Source: Armatimonadota bacterium
GTDB lineage: Bacteria > Armatimonadota > UBA5829 > DSUL01
Reading direction: 5' to 3'
NCBI GenBank assembly: GCA_039811685.1
Contig: JBDHZC010000009.1
Span: 72,153-136,152, forward strand
Length of the DNA: 64,000 nucleotides
In this document: positions 1 through 10,245 of the stretch, piece by piece
How the letters are laid out: every line of letters starts with the position of its first letter
Position numbering within the stretch: position 1 is the stretch's first letter
Translations under genes and position numbers: made by a program
The notes under the pieces: generated by a model
What the model was told of the DNA's origin: nothing
What the model saw: the letters and a program-made list of their open reading frames with translations, nothing else
Databases searched by the model: none

Positions 1-75
1 CTGCCGTCCTATAATGCGCCTCAGACGACGCCGGTGACTCTCCCACTCCGGCGGCTACAGGAGACGCTCAAGCCG

Positions 76-1368
76 ATGAATCGCTCTCACAAGTTCCGGA
101 CCTTTCGCCTTGCCAGCCTGGCTATCGCGCTGATGGCTGCGGGCTCTGCATATGCGCAGGCGCCCTCAGCTTCACCTTCTTTTGCGCCGGGGTTTATCCT
201 TGAGCGCTCTCCCAACATTGACGGCGTACGCGAGGCGGATGAGTGGACAGTTTTTTCGACAGTGAAGACCGGCGATGGGGATGTGCTGGGCGCAGCGTCG
301 TGGGATTCCGACAACCTTTACCTCATGGTTGAGGGGCCGGTTCTGTCCTCAGCGGTCGTGTATCTGGATGTCAAGATGGATGGATGGTTGAACGGTACGG
401 ACAATTACCAGATAACCGTCACGCCCAACGCGGACAAAGCTGATGTTCTGACTGAAGTGTACAGCTCTGATGCGCCTTCCCCCGCCACAGCCCTGACAAA
501 GGTGGCCGTCGGCGTGCGCGCGGCTTCCAGGACAAGTGATGGCCGCACGGTTGTGGAGATTGCCATTCCCAGGGATGGCCTTGCGGACCTGAAACTGGCG
601 CCCAGGACGAAGGTGGGAGTGTCGTGTGGGGCGACGCTTGCCTCAGACCCCGGCAAAACTTACCCTGCCGACCCGCGCGAGCGTATAGAGCCGCTTTTGC
701 TCGTGAACGAGCTGAGCTCGGGCGTGGATGGGGTGAATCTGGAATTGAGAATCCGCGACCGGCGCGTCGTTCCCGGGCAGACGCTGAGCCTGGACTTTTT
801 TGCCAAGAACACGTCTGAGCTGCCTCTCAAATACAACAACTTCGCGATCGGCGGAGAGGCGCGCGTGGCTGATCTGGTGAACTACCTGCGCGTGCGCGGC
901 GGTGAGCTTGAGGCAGGCAAGACGCTGAAGTGGGGCTATTCGACGGACCTGCCTCAGACTATGCCCCTCGGAGCCTACGTGATGGAAGCGCGCTTCAACC
1001 TTGCGGACGGCCGCCAGGGTACGGTGCTGTCCAGCTTTGAAGTGGTTGAGGTACTGGACGCCAGTCTGGACCTGGGAAACGGCCCGATCAGCCCCATCAG
1101 TGAGCGCAAGATGTTCGTGGTTATCCGCAACAACAAGAATCGCTCTATCAAGGGGACTGTAACCCTCAAGCTGCCCGCAGAGCTGGCGTCGGGGTTGGAC
1201 CGCACAGAGGCGAAGTTCTGGATTCAGGCTGAAAATGAGGTGATCCGGGCGCCGTTCAAGTTCAAACCGAAGGAGCCTGTCGCCGCCGGGCATTATCCGG
1301 TGACAGCAGAGGTCTCAAGCGGAGACTTCACCCGGACGCTGGACGCGGTGCTGCAGGTGGGGCGCTGA
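76..1368 (+). CDS. Secreted hypothetical protein (CBM9/DOMON-like N-terminus, Ig-like/NEW3-like C-terminal domains)
   Basis: Signal peptide ending AYA-Q; 'P.IDG....EW' and 'WD..NLYL' resemble CBM9-like sugar-binding domains; beta-rich C-terminus. ATG at 76 preferred over GTG at 34. Confidence 0.55.
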   Translation: MNRSHKFRTFRLASLAIALMAAGSAYAQAPSASPSFAPGFILERSPNIDGVREADEWTVFSTVKTGDGDVLGAASWDSDNLYLMVEGPVLSSAVVYLDVKMDGWLNGTDNYQITVTPNADKADVLTEVYSSDAPSPATALTKVAVGVRAASRTSDGRTVVEIAIPRDGLADLKLAPRTKVGVSCGATLASDPGKTYPADPRERIEPLLLVNELSSGVDGVNLELRIRDRRVVPGQTLSLDFFAKNTSELPLKYNNFAIGGEARVADLVNYLRVRGGELEAGKTLKWGYSTDLPQTMPLGAYVMEARFNLADGRQGTVLSSFEVVEVLDASLDLGNGPISPISERKMFVVIRNNKNRSIKGTVTLKLPAELASGLDRTEAKFWIQAENEVIRAPFKFKPKEPVAAGHYPVTAEVSSGDFTRTLDAVLQVGR

Positions 1369-1392
1369 CAAGAAGAGAAGCCGGGAGCCAGA

Positions 1393-1466
1393 TAGCGGAG
1401 GTCGGACTCGAACCGACGACTCCACGGGTATGAACCGTGTGCTCTAACCAACTGAGCTACTCCGCC
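1393..1466 (-). tRNA. tRNA-Met (CAT), elongator type, CCA not encoded
   Basis: Reverse complement GGCGGAGTAGCTCAGTTGGTTAGAGCACACGGTTCATACCCGTGGAGTCGTCGGTTCGAGTCCGACCTCCGCTA folds as a cloverleaf; anticodon arm CACGG-TTCATAC-CCGTG. Confidence 0.93.
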
Positions 1467-1545
1467 ACAAAAATGCCTCTGCTATAGGCGCCTCTTTGGC
1501 AGGCGGTATTATATACAAAACCGCACGCGGCCTTCAACAGAGGGC

Positions 1546-1941
1546 TCACGACTCCCAGACAGACGTGGGTTTGGCGTCATCCAGAGAGCCGTCCGCAGGC
1601 ATTGGCGTTCCCTGCTCATTGAAATGGATGGGGCGCTGGCAGAAGTCGCAATCAAACTCCGAGACCCCCACAAACACCGAGTTGGCGTTGTCACAGTAAG
1701 GACAGCGGATTTCGCGGCGCGGCGCTTTTTGCAGGTGGATCATCCAGACAAAGACGCCAAACATCAATATCCCGCTCAGAACCATGAGTGGAACGGCCAG
1801 GAGCACCAGCGGAGCCATCAAGAACATGAGGAACCCGACGCCCATCACCACGCCAAGCGGCTTGAGCAGTCCGTAACAACTGCGCTCAAGCTGGCGGATT
1901 GTGGCGAACTCTTTGCGCCAGATAACTGATACAGCCTTCAC
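1546..1941 (-). CDS. Small two-TM membrane protein with C-terminal zinc ribbon
   Basis: GTG at 1941 with AGGAGAG SD; two hydrophobic helices; CPYC...CDFC. Confidence 0.65.
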   Translation of the reverse strand: MKAVSVIWRKEFATIRQLERSCYGLLKPLGVVMGVGFLMFLMAPLVLLAVPLMVLSGILMFGVFVWMIHLQKAPRREIRCPYCDNANSVFVGVSEFDCDFCQRPIHFNEQGTPMPADGSLDDAKPTSVWES

Positions 1942-2032
1942 ACTCTCTCCTGTCTTGCCCGCGATCTTATTGAGAAGAATTCTACCCTGCGCCCGGTGGG
2001 GTGTCAAACGAGCGGATAGGGAGGTGGTGAGA

Positions 2033-2164
2033 GGCGGCGGTTGAAACCGCATTGGGTTCGACGGTCACAGCCGGCGGTTGAAACAGTCGCGGAAGCGGCA
2101 TCGGGTTTAGCGCAGCCGGCGGTTGAAACCGCGCCTGCGCAAACGAAGTCTGCCTTCGCAGACT
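2033..2164. repeat. REP-like palindromic repeat cluster A
   Basis: Three GGCGGTTGAAAC(CGC) units, the last followed by ACGAAGTCTGCCTTCGCAGACT; same family at 25.1, 29.0 and 37.1 kb. Confidence 0.85.
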
Positions 2165-3344
2165 AGTGCGGAGTTGTTTCCAGTATTTGTTGCAGGGTGG
2201 CGGGGTCGGTTCTGTGGCCCATTTGCACCGCCAGGACAAACTCCAGATTGTATCCTCTCGCGGATGGGCGCTGGCTGGAAACGCGGTAGCGTTTGTACGG
2301 CCTGTGAACCCAGGAGAGGCGGCCATGTTCCGACAGCATTGTGAGCACGCGCTCCAGTGGAATCAGGCCGTCCGTCGAATAGCTCATCAGCACCCAGCGA
2401 GCCCTCAGACGGCCCAGAAGATCCCGCAGCGCCGTCTCCGCATGCCACCGCCGGCAGTAAGCGCTGTTGCGCAGTGTGCGCCAGTCGCGCCGTATGGCCG
2501 CTTTGTGTCCGCGCTCACCCGGCGTTACCCGCGCCGGAATGGGCGGTTTATCCCACAGAGCTACTGTGTTGAGCAGGTGGTAGTTGGCGCCGTACTGGTG
2601 CTGGTTGTAGGGTGGGTCCAGATAGGCGATGTCGCAGTCTATGTGCGCTGCGAGTGTTGCGGCGTCTTCCTGAAACACCAGATTGTGCTCAGAGTTGTCC
2701 AGCAGCACAGGCGCGCGCAGCACCAGCGGCTCTTTTATCCGGTACCAGGCCGTCTGCGTTGCGCCACCCCAGCCCCGGTGGAACCCCTTGAATACACCGG
2801 AGGTGTTGGAGCACCAGCTCGTTCCCCACACCAGCGCGGCTGTCAGCAGGTCGCTTTCGGCTGGCGTGAGTTGTCCGGTCTCGGTGAGGTCGAATACGCG
2901 CTGGCGCATGGCATCCAGACGGCGTCCGTTGGCCTGTGTGAAGAACATGCGCTCATGATCCAGGTCCGGGCGTTCATCGTCAGCCGGGCAGTAGTGACGG
3001 GCGATGTATCCGCGCTGTCCGGGAAGACTGTTAAGATAGCCGAAGGCGGCGTCCATGCCCCCCAGGGCTGCGAAGGCAGGCGGGCGATTGAGCGAGATAT
3101 AGGTATTGTTGATGCAGCGGGTGTACGGCTCCCAGTCATTGGCTATCACCCGAAAGCCAAGGCTCTTGGCCAGGCGGCTCACAACGCCACTTCCGGAAAA
3201 AGCGTCAAAGAAAACACCTGTGCGGAGTCCCGTAAGCGCAATAGCTTCCGAGATGAGATCGCGCAGCTTGCGCTTGTTGCCAATATAGGCGATGAGTTGG
3301 TCGGTAACGTAGTCCCGCGACGCCAGGCGCCGAGCCTCCGTCAT
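2163..3344 (-). CDS. N6-adenine DNA methyltransferase (D12/FokI-like), apparently orphan
   Basis: YIGNKRKL, FFDAFSGSGVVS (motif I), YLDPPY (motif IV), LMSYS; ATG at 3344 overlaps the upstream stop (ATGA). Confidence 0.88.
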   Translation of the reverse strand: MTEARRLASRDYVTDQLIAYIGNKRKLRDLISEAIALTGLRTGVFFDAFSGSGVVSRLAKSLGFRVIANDWEPYTRCINNTYISLNRPPAFAALGGMDAAFGYLNSLPGQRGYIARHYCPADDERPDLDHERMFFTQANGRRLDAMRQRVFDLTETGQLTPAESDLLTAALVWGTSWCSNTSGVFKGFHRGWGGATQTAWYRIKEPLVLRAPVLLDNSEHNLVFQEDAATLAAHIDCDIAYLDPPYNQHQYGANYHLLNTVALWDKPPIPARVTPGERGHKAAIRRDWRTLRNSAYCRRWHAETALRDLLGRLRARWVLMSYSTDGLIPLERVLTMLSEHGRLSWVHRPYKRYRVSSQRPSARGYNLEFVLAVQMGHRTDPATLQQILETTPH

Positions 3345-4519
3345 TTGCGGGCCGCTTTGAGAACCGGAGACCATGTGGCGGAGGAGTTTGATCCCTGACC
3401 CCTGGTGAGGTTGAGCGTCTTGCCGGTCTTCATGTCGTAGCGCCATAGATCGCCGCCAGACTCATACAGCATCCATTTTCCATCCGGGCTGAAGAGCGGG
3501 CGGTGAGCGTCTCCCTTAACAAGTTGACGCAGCGTGCCGGAGCCGTCCGCAGCGACCAGCCATATCCCCTCTGGAGTCTGCGTGAGGTCGGAGGCCAGCC
3601 TGATGCGCTCAAAGCCGATACTCGCTGCGTCAGCGGTGAAGGCGGGATTGCGGAATCCGTCAGTCTTTGGCGACACGCTTATCAGCGCTCTGGCAGGCGC
3701 TTCAAAAGGAATGGGACCCTGCTCACTCTGCTGGGGATCGGGTTGGTAGATCGCCAGAAAGGAAGGACTCTGGTCTCCGATGCTTGCGACCGCCAGCGTG
3801 GAGCCGTCGGGCGACCAGCCGTACGTGCACTCGTTCACCAGCATTGGCGCGTTGGCGACATCCAGCAGAGTGCGCGTGACTGTCTGGTCGCCCAGTGAAA
3901 GGTAAGCCCGCTCTCCGATGAACAGATCGTCCTTCGCGCCGGAGCCCTGAGATGTTGCGGCGATCCAGCCGGTTTCAGGCGCAAAGACAGCGTTGGAATA
4001 GCGGCGCAGCGACGGTACGTCTGCTTCGTTGATCTGAATGGCTTCATCCGCGTGCGACGGGAGGACTTTTTCCAGACCCTTGCCATCGAACCCGCACGCA
4101 AAGACGTGGGAATTGCTGATGTAGCCGATGACGCCGGCTCCTGCGGAGATATTTGACTGAGGCCCCTGCACGCTCAGCAGGCGACCGGAAGCGCGGCCGT
4201 CCGGGCGAACGCGCCCGAGCTGGTTGGTGTCTTTGGCATATTGAGCGGTGTAAAACACCCATTCTCCGCTGGCAGCGATTGCTGTTTCGCGGATTTCTCC
4301 TGGTTGGCCGACAACCTCTTTTGCTCCAGAGCCGTCAGCGTTCATACTCCACACCGCCGGTCCGGAGCCCCGGTCGCTGACGAAGAATATCTCGCCGGGC
4401 CGGGCAACTGAGTGTGTCCAGCCGCCCGCGGCCAGCCAGTTGGCCACCCAGATGAAGCCTACAACCAGCACAAAGGCAATCAGAATAAAAACGGCAAGGC
4501 TGCGTCGCTCTCTACTCAC
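3341..4519 (-). CDS. TolB-like PD40 beta-propeller protein, N-terminally membrane anchored
   Basis: N-terminal TM helix; IFFVSDR, MNADGSG, WSPDG, FSPDGKW and WSP repeats. Confidence 0.8.
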   Translation of the reverse strand: MSRERRSLAVFILIAFVLVVGFIWVANWLAAGGWTHSVARPGEIFFVSDRGSGPAVWSMNADGSGAKEVVGQPGEIRETAIAASGEWVFYTAQYAKDTNQLGRVRPDGRASGRLLSVQGPQSNISAGAGVIGYISNSHVFACGFDGKGLEKVLPSHADEAIQINEADVPSLRRYSNAVFAPETGWIAATSQGSGAKDDLFIGERAYLSLGDQTVTRTLLDVANAPMLVNECTYGWSPDGSTLAVASIGDQSPSFLAIYQPDPQQSEQGPIPFEAPARALISVSPKTDGFRNPAFTADAASIGFERIRLASDLTQTPEGIWLVAADGSGTLRQLVKGDAHRPLFSPDGKWMLYESGGDLWRYDMKTGKTLNLTRGQGSNSSATWSPVLKAARK

Positions 4520-4534
4520 GTCACTTTCTCCGGA

Positions 4535-6142
4535 TTACGCTCGCGATTCCCTCAGCACACTCCCGCTCTGGACACCGGTGATTTTGTAGTCTCTCAGCGC
4601 AAACTCCCCGTTGACCAGCACGTGCTCAATACCCGCAGAGAGCTGATGAGGCTCAACGAACGTTGCCGTATCCTGCACGGAGACGGGGTCAAAGACGACG
4701 ATGTCCGCTTTGCATCCGGCCTGCAGGCGTCCTCTGTTCTTTATTCCCAGACGGTCTGTAGCAAGAGAAGTCATCTTCTGAATCGCCAGCTCCAGCGGGA
4801 TCACGCCCCGGTCGCGGACGTAGTGGGAGAGGATGCGCGGAAACGTCCCAAACGCGCGCGGGTGCGGCCTTCCCTTGCTCATCGGTCCACTGCAGGCGCG
4901 CGCAGTTGCGTCTGAACCAAACAGCGTGTATGGCGTGCGCATGACAGCTTCCACGTCCGTTTCCGACAGACAGAAGTGAACCATCCCGATTTCGAAATCC
5001 TCTTCAAGCAGGAAATCCAGCAGCGCGGGCACAGGCTCTTTGCCGAGCTTAGCGGCAATCTGCGCCATATTCAGCCCTTCCGTCCAGCGGTTTTGCTCTG
5101 TGCGCACTGAAGAGATGACGATGCTCTCCATCCCACCGGCATCATACTGATACCCGCCAGGCTCAAAGTCTCGCGTCACCTCCGCTTCAATCTGCGCCCG
5201 GGTCTCAGGGTCCGTCAGGCGCGCGCGCATAGCCTGTGCCCCTCCGGAGTGCGCCCAGGCGGGAATGGCCGTATCCAGTCCTGTGCTGGTGGCAATGTAA
5301 GGGTACTGATCCGCCGTCACATCTACTCCGCGAAAACGGGCCTGCTCGATCAGTTCAAGCGCGCAAATGGCGTCTCCGTGGTTGGATTTCCCACAGGCTT
5401 TCAGGTGAGAAATCTGGACTTTTGCGCCGGATTTTTCTCCGATTTCGATGGCTTCGCGAACGCTGTTCAACAGATCATCAGCTTCGCTTCGCATGTGAGT
5501 GGCGTAAATGCCCCCGCGAGCGGCCACCGGCTGACACAGCGCGACGAGCTCCTCAGTGGAGGCGTAGCAGCTCGGAGGGTAGATCAGGCCAGTTGAAAGA
5601 CCGATCGCGCCCTCATCCATCGCCCGCGCAACGACGGACTGCATTTCGCTGATTTCTGAGGGTGTGGCGGGTCTGTCCTCTTCACCGACCACCTGACGGC
5701 GCACATTGCCGTGTCCGAGAAGCGTGCAGAAGTTGACACTCGATCCGCGCTCTTCCAGCACGTCCAGCATCTCGCCCATTTCCGTCCAATTGAGATCAAT
5801 CCCCATCCGCTTCCAGGCGTCCTGCGCGCGCCGCCGGGCTTCGGGCCCGCCGATCGGAGCGTCTGAGGCTCCGCAGTTGCCATTGACCTCCAGCGTCATC
5901 CCCTGAGAGATTTTGCTCTCGCAGGTCGGGTTAACCAGCAGCGTCATGTCTGTGTGGGCGTGAAAATCCACAAAGCCGGGACAGACAACTTTGCCAGAGA
6001 CATCCAGCAATTCAGCGCCGTCGCGCGGCCCTTCGTCCACCCAGGCTATATCCTGTCCGGATAAGCGCACGTCTCCTCTGCGTCCTGCGCTACCGGTACC
6101 GTCCACAATCGTCCCACCCGTCAGAATTATGTCCTTGTGCAT
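4535..6142 (-). CDS. N-acyl-D-amino-acid deacylase (D-aminoacylase)
   Basis: GGTIVDGTG, PGFVDFHAHTD, GNCG, GLSTGLIYPP, HMRSE, SHLK, GSD, PHPRAFGTFPR. Confidence 0.92.
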   Translation of the reverse strand: MHKDIILTGGTIVDGTGSAGRRGDVRLSGQDIAWVDEGPRDGAELLDVSGKVVCPGFVDFHAHTDMTLLVNPTCESKISQGMTLEVNGNCGASDAPIGGPEARRRAQDAWKRMGIDLNWTEMGEMLDVLEERGSSVNFCTLLGHGNVRRQVVGEEDRPATPSEISEMQSVVARAMDEGAIGLSTGLIYPPSCYASTEELVALCQPVAARGGIYATHMRSEADDLLNSVREAIEIGEKSGAKVQISHLKACGKSNHGDAICALELIEQARFRGVDVTADQYPYIATSTGLDTAIPAWAHSGGAQAMRARLTDPETRAQIEAEVTRDFEPGGYQYDAGGMESIVISSVRTEQNRWTEGLNMAQIAAKLGKEPVPALLDFLLEEDFEIGMVHFCLSETDVEAVMRTPYTLFGSDATARACSGPMSKGRPHPRAFGTFPRILSHYVRDRGVIPLELAIQKMTSLATDRLGIKNRGRLQAGCKADIVVFDPVSVQDTATFVEPHQLSAGIEHVLVNGEFALRDYKITGVQSGSVLRESRA

Positions 6143-6181
6143 CTCGACAGAGGTTTATCCGCGCGTGACCGGCTTTCCTTT

Positions 6182-6271
6182 ACGGCCACTGTGGCCGACA
6201 CGGCCGCTCTGGCCAACACGGCCACTCTGGCCGACACGGCCGCTCTGGCCAACACGGCCACTCTGGCCAAA
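6182..6271. repeat. 5 x 18-bp intergenic tandem repeat with GGCC every 9 bp
   Basis: ACGGCC(A/G)CT(G/C)TGGCC(G/A)AC repeated five times between divergent genes. Confidence 0.9.
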
Positions 6272-6336
6272 GCATCCAGTCGTCCGCTATGCTTCCACAG
6301 GCGCAGCTTGACAGGGCGGCCCGCAGGGAGATTTGT

Positions 6337-6750
6337 ATGAAAGCGTACACAGACTATCTCTGGTTCAACACGGAAAAGCAGAAGGAGTTTGTCAACATCA
6401 CATCAGACTGTGAGCGGATACTGAGAGAGTCCGGCATCCGTGACGGGATGATGCTGGTTTCGGCGATGCACATCACCGCCGGAATCTGGGTAAACGACAA
6501 CGAGTCTGGAATTCTCGCGGACGCGATGGAGTTTCTGGAGCGTCTGGCTCCGTTTGACAGGGGCTATCGCCATCATCGCACGGGTGAGACCAATGGTGAT
6601 GCGCACCTGAAGAATCTTCTGACGCACCATCAGGCGATTATTCCCGTCACTGCCGGAACACTGGACCTTGGCCCGTGGCAGACGATCTTTTATGCGGAGT
6701 TTGACGGTCAGCGCCGCAAGCGGGTAGTCGTCAAGGTGATGGGAGAGTAG
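6337..6750 (+). CDS. yjbQ: YjbQ/UPF0047 family protein
   Basis: MHITAG, N.DAHLK, LDLGPWQTIFYAEFDGQR signature. Confidence 0.92.
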   Translation: MKAYTDYLWFNTEKQKEFVNITSDCERILRESGIRDGMMLVSAMHITAGIWVNDNESGILADAMEFLERLAPFDRGYRHHRTGETNGDAHLKNLLTHHQAIIPVTAGTLDLGPWQTIFYAEFDGQRRKRVVVKVMGE

Positions 6751-6940
6751 CCTGACGTCTCAGGTGCGCTGTTGACGGGCTTCGAAGCGCGAGGTAGCGA
6801 CGTCGAGCTTGTCGTGCCTGGCGCGAGCTCCGTGGCAGGTCTTCGGGCAGGAACAACAACGGCGCGGCGCGCTTGCGCCGGGTGAGGGCATCGGGTATTG
6901 TGCGTGTGACTTTCAGGAACTATGCAAAGGAGTAGCTAAA

Positions 6941-8776
6941 ATGGCTCTGCGTCCGCTCATCCCCCGCGAGATTCTCTTCGGCAATCCCGAGCGTATGAAT
7001 GTGCGCCTGTCGCCGGACGGCTCGAAGATCGGGTACATCGCGCCCCATGAGGGTGTGCTTAACGTCTGGGTGCGCTCGCTGGAAGGCGGCGACGACCGGC
7101 CGGTCACCTTTGACAAACACCGCGGCATTCACGCGTTTTTCTGGGCGTTCGACGGGGAGCGGCTCTGCTACATTCAGGATAAGGACGGCGACGAAAACTG
7201 GCATGTTTACGCTGTCAATATCCAGTCAATGGAGGCGCTGGATCTCACGCCTTTTGAGAACGTACAGGCGCATATCATCTCTGTCCGGCCGGAACATCCG
7301 GACCGCATTCTCGTAGGGCTGAACAAGGAGGAGCCACAGCTTCACGACGTGTACAGCGTCAACATCCGCACCGGTGAGTGTGAGCTGCAGGTGGAAAACA
7401 CCGGCGACATCCTCGGCTGGGACGCGGACTGGCACATGCAGGTGCGGGGCGCGAGCGCGCAGACGGGAGACGGCGGGACGGACCTGCGTCTGTATCACGC
7501 TGATTCCGGCGAGTGGGAGACACTGCTGCATGCGCCCTTTGGCGAAATGATAGGCGCGGTGGCTGTGACGCCGGATGGCGACGGCTTCTACATTATGAGC
7601 ACGCTGGAATCCAACACCATGCGCATTCTGACTCTGGATTTCAGCACGAAAGAACAGCGCGTTATCGCCGAGCGCCCGGATGTGGATGTGGACGGTAGCG
7701 CGGTTATCCACCCCACCAGGCACCATCTCCAGGCTGTGTCCTTCACACGCGCGCGGCAGGAGTGGATGTATCTGGATCCAGAGTTTGAGGCCAGCTTCAA
7801 AGAAGCGGCGCGGCTGCATCATGGAGATGCGGATCTCGTCAGCCGGGACATTGAAGACCGCGTCTGGATTGTGGCGTTTTCTTCTGATACAGACCCGGTA
7901 CGCTACTACATCTTCAACCGGCAGAGCGGCGAAGCGCGCTATCTGTTCAGTCAGAACTCCCGCCTGGAAGAGGCTCCTCTCACGCCGATGCAGCCTGTGG
8001 ACATTGCCACCCGTGACGGTTTGACGATGGTGTGCTACCTGAGTCTGCCGCCCGGAGTGGAGCCGAAGAATCTCCCGCTGGTGCTCAACGTCCACGGCGG
8101 CCCGTGGGCGCGCGATGAGTGGGGTCTCAACTCGGAGGTTCAGTGGCTGGCGAATCGCGGCTATGCGGTTCTGCAGGTGAACTACCGCGGGTCAACGGGC
8201 TTCGGTAAAGACTTTGTGAACGCCTCCAACAAGGAATGGGGCGGCAAGATGCACGAGGATCTGATTGACGCGGTGAACTGGGCGATTGAAAAGGGCTATG
8301 CAGACCCCGAGAAAGTCGCCATCTTCGGCTGGTCCTACGGCGGCTATGCGGCGCTGGTTGGCATGACGTTTACGCCGGAAGTCTTTGCCGCTGGAGTCGC
8401 CGGCGTTGGCATCAGCAATCTAATCTCCTGGTATCATACGATTCCTCCCTACTGGGAGCCTTACCGGGAACAGCTCAATTTGAGGGTGGGCAATGCGGAC
8501 ACGGAGGAGGAGTTTATGCGCTCGCGTTCGCCTCTGTTCAGGGTTGATCAGATCAGAAATCCACTGCTGATAGCGCAGGGCGCCAACGACCCGCGAGTGC
8601 CGCGCGCAGAGGCGGACCAGATGGTGGAAGCGCTGCGCGCGCGGGGGATTGCCGTGGAGTACCTCCTGTTTGAAGACGAAGGGCACGGATTTGCGCGCCC
8701 TGAGAACCGGCTGACATTTTACGCCTCGGCTGAGAACTTCCTGTCCAGAGTGCTCGGCGGGCGTGTGGAGGCCTAG
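6941..8776 (+). CDS. S9 family peptidase (acylaminoacyl/dipeptidyl aminopeptidase)
   Basis: HGGPWARD, NYRGSTGFG, GWSYGGY, GANDPRV, DEGHGF; AAGGAG SD before ATG at 6941. Confidence 0.93.
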   Translation: MALRPLIPREILFGNPERMNVRLSPDGSKIGYIAPHEGVLNVWVRSLEGGDDRPVTFDKHRGIHAFFWAFDGERLCYIQDKDGDENWHVYAVNIQSMEALDLTPFENVQAHIISVRPEHPDRILVGLNKEEPQLHDVYSVNIRTGECELQVENTGDILGWDADWHMQVRGASAQTGDGGTDLRLYHADSGEWETLLHAPFGEMIGAVAVTPDGDGFYIMSTLESNTMRILTLDFSTKEQRVIAERPDVDVDGSAVIHPTRHHLQAVSFTRARQEWMYLDPEFEASFKEAARLHHGDADLVSRDIEDRVWIVAFSSDTDPVRYYIFNRQSGEARYLFSQNSRLEEAPLTPMQPVDIATRDGLTMVCYLSLPPGVEPKNLPLVLNVHGGPWARDEWGLNSEVQWLANRGYAVLQVNYRGSTGFGKDFVNASNKEWGGKMHEDLIDAVNWAIEKGYADPEKVAIFGWSYGGYAALVGMTFTPEVFAAGVAGVGISNLISWYHTIPPYWEPYREQLNLRVGNADTEEEFMRSRSPLFRVDQIRNPLLIAQGANDPRVPRAEADQMVEALRARGIAVEYLLFEDEGHGFARPENRLTFYASAENFLSRVLGGRVEA

Positions 8777-8802
8777 TCTCCCACGTCACTCACCAGCGAG
8801 AT

Positions 8803-9366
8803 GTGAGCGGATCTGATCGTGGCGGTTGCTGTGGCGGTCTATTGCGGATTGTACGGGAGACAGCGTCTGAACAAGTGCTGAGACATCAGTTCTGGGAGAT
8901 TATTGAGCGCAGCAGAAGCAGCTATGCGGACTGTGCGGATCATGCGCGAAAGCTGAGCATCCTGCTGGAGGCGCTGAATCCGGAGGAGATCATCTCCTTT
9001 GACGCGCAACTGCGAGAGCTGCTGGTGCGGGCCTTCCGCTGGGATGTGTGGGGAGCGGCTTACATAGTGCTGGGCGGGTGCTCGGATGAGGAGTTTGAGT
9101 CTTTCAGGCTGTGGCTGATTGGTCAGGGTGAGGATGCTTTTGAGCAGGTTATCGCCGAACCCGAGGCCGTGCTGGAGTATCTGGCTGAAGAGGAACCTCC
9201 GCAGTGTGAAGAGCTGCTCTATGCGGCTTCCTGGGCCTATGAAAACCAGACAGGCCGCCCTCTGCCGATCCCCGAAGTGAGCCACCCGCTGGAGCCGGAA
9301 GGAGAGCCGTGGGACGAGGAGGACCTGCGTACGATGTTTCCTGATCTCTATGAAGCCTGCCGCTGA
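8803..9366 (+). CDS. DUF4240 family protein
   Basis: FWEIIE, WGAAYIVLGGCSDEEFESFRLWLIGQG, 'L...FP.L'; true start may be GTG at 8875. Confidence 0.8.
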   Translation: MSGSDRGGCCGGLLRIVRETASEQVLRHQFWEIIERSRSSYADCADHARKLSILLEALNPEEIISFDAQLRELLVRAFRWDVWGAAYIVLGGCSDEEFESFRLWLIGQGEDAFEQVIAEPEAVLEYLAEEEPPQCEELLYAASWAYENQTGRPLPIPEVSHPLEPEGEPWDEEDLRTMFPDLYEACR

Positions 9367-9488
9367 GAACACTCTCCGGCTGGACGGATTTCATCCGGGT
9401 ACAGGCAGGGAAGCGCGGGGATTTGCCGAACCCATACGCTGTTTGTGTAAGTCATGCGAACAGCACATTTGCGTAAGGATTACTAACC

Positions 9489-10220
9489 ATGGGCGATATT
9501 CGAGTAACAGTCTGGCACGAGTTCCGGCACGAAAAAGACGGGCAGCACCCTTCCGGCAAGATTTACCCGGAAGGCATGCATAAACCTATCGCGGACTATC
9601 TGAACGCGCAACCGGGCCTGAGCGCGCGCACGGCCACTCTGGATGAACCGGAGCACGGTCTTACCGAAGAGGCGCTGGCCAACACCGACGTCCTGACGTG
9701 GTGGGGGCACATGGCTCACGGTGACGTGCGGGACGACATCGCCGAGCGCGTTGTGCAGCGGGTCTGGCAGGGGATGGGGCTGATTGTTCTGCATTCGGCG
9801 CACTTCTCCAAAGTCTTCAAGCGTCTGATGGGCGCTTCATGCGACTTGAAGTGGCGGGAAGCCGATGAAAAGGAGCGCATCTGGGTTGTGGAACCCGGAC
9901 ACCCTATCGCCAACGGTCTGCCTCACTATTTCGAGCTTGAAAAGGAGGAGATGTACGGCGAGCGCTTCGACATTCCACAGCCTGATGAGCTGGTGTTTAT
10001 CTCGTGGTTTGAGGGCGGCGAGGTCTTCCGGTCCGGCTGCTGCTGGACGCGGCAGAAGGGGCGCATCTTCTACTTCCGGCCCGGGCATGAGTCTTATCCC
10101 ACCTATTACAATGAGACCATTTTGAAGGTTATCGCCAACGGCGTACGCTGGGCTGCGCCGCAGGAAGGCGCAGAGCAGGTGTACGGGCACTGTGAGCCGC
10201 TGGAGCAGATAGGCAGATAG
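9489..10220 (+). CDS. thuA: ThuA domain protein (trehalose utilisation family)
   Basis: [46 protein letters not shown]. Confidence 0.9.
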   Translation: MGDIRVTVWHEFRHEKDGQHPSGKIYPEGMHKPIADYLNAQPGLSARTATLDEPEHGLTEEALANTDVLTWWGHMAHGDVRDDIAERVVQRVWQGMGLIVLHSAHFSKVFKRLMGASCDLKWREADEKERIWVVEPGHPIANGLPHYFELEKEEMYGERFDIPQPDELVFISWFEGGEVFRSGCCWTRQKGRIFYFRPGHESYPTYYNETILKVIANGVRWAAPQEGAEQVYGHCEPLEQIGR

Positions 10221-10245
10221 GGAGCAGGGAAGGGGAGAGGCGGAG

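Noticed and set aside
1393..1466. tRNA as integration site for the phage-like cluster
   Set aside because: It is 17 kb away, and I saw no duplicated tRNA 3' end near the cluster borders.
2166..3398. 410-aa plus-strand ORF
   Set aside because: Antisense shadow of the methyltransferase, with no motifs; expected in GC-rich DNA.
6182..6271. 18-bp repeat as a CRISPR array or coding repeat (PTRPLW / ATLAD ORFs)
   Set aside because: No spacers; the overlapping ORFs have no SD or protein-like context.
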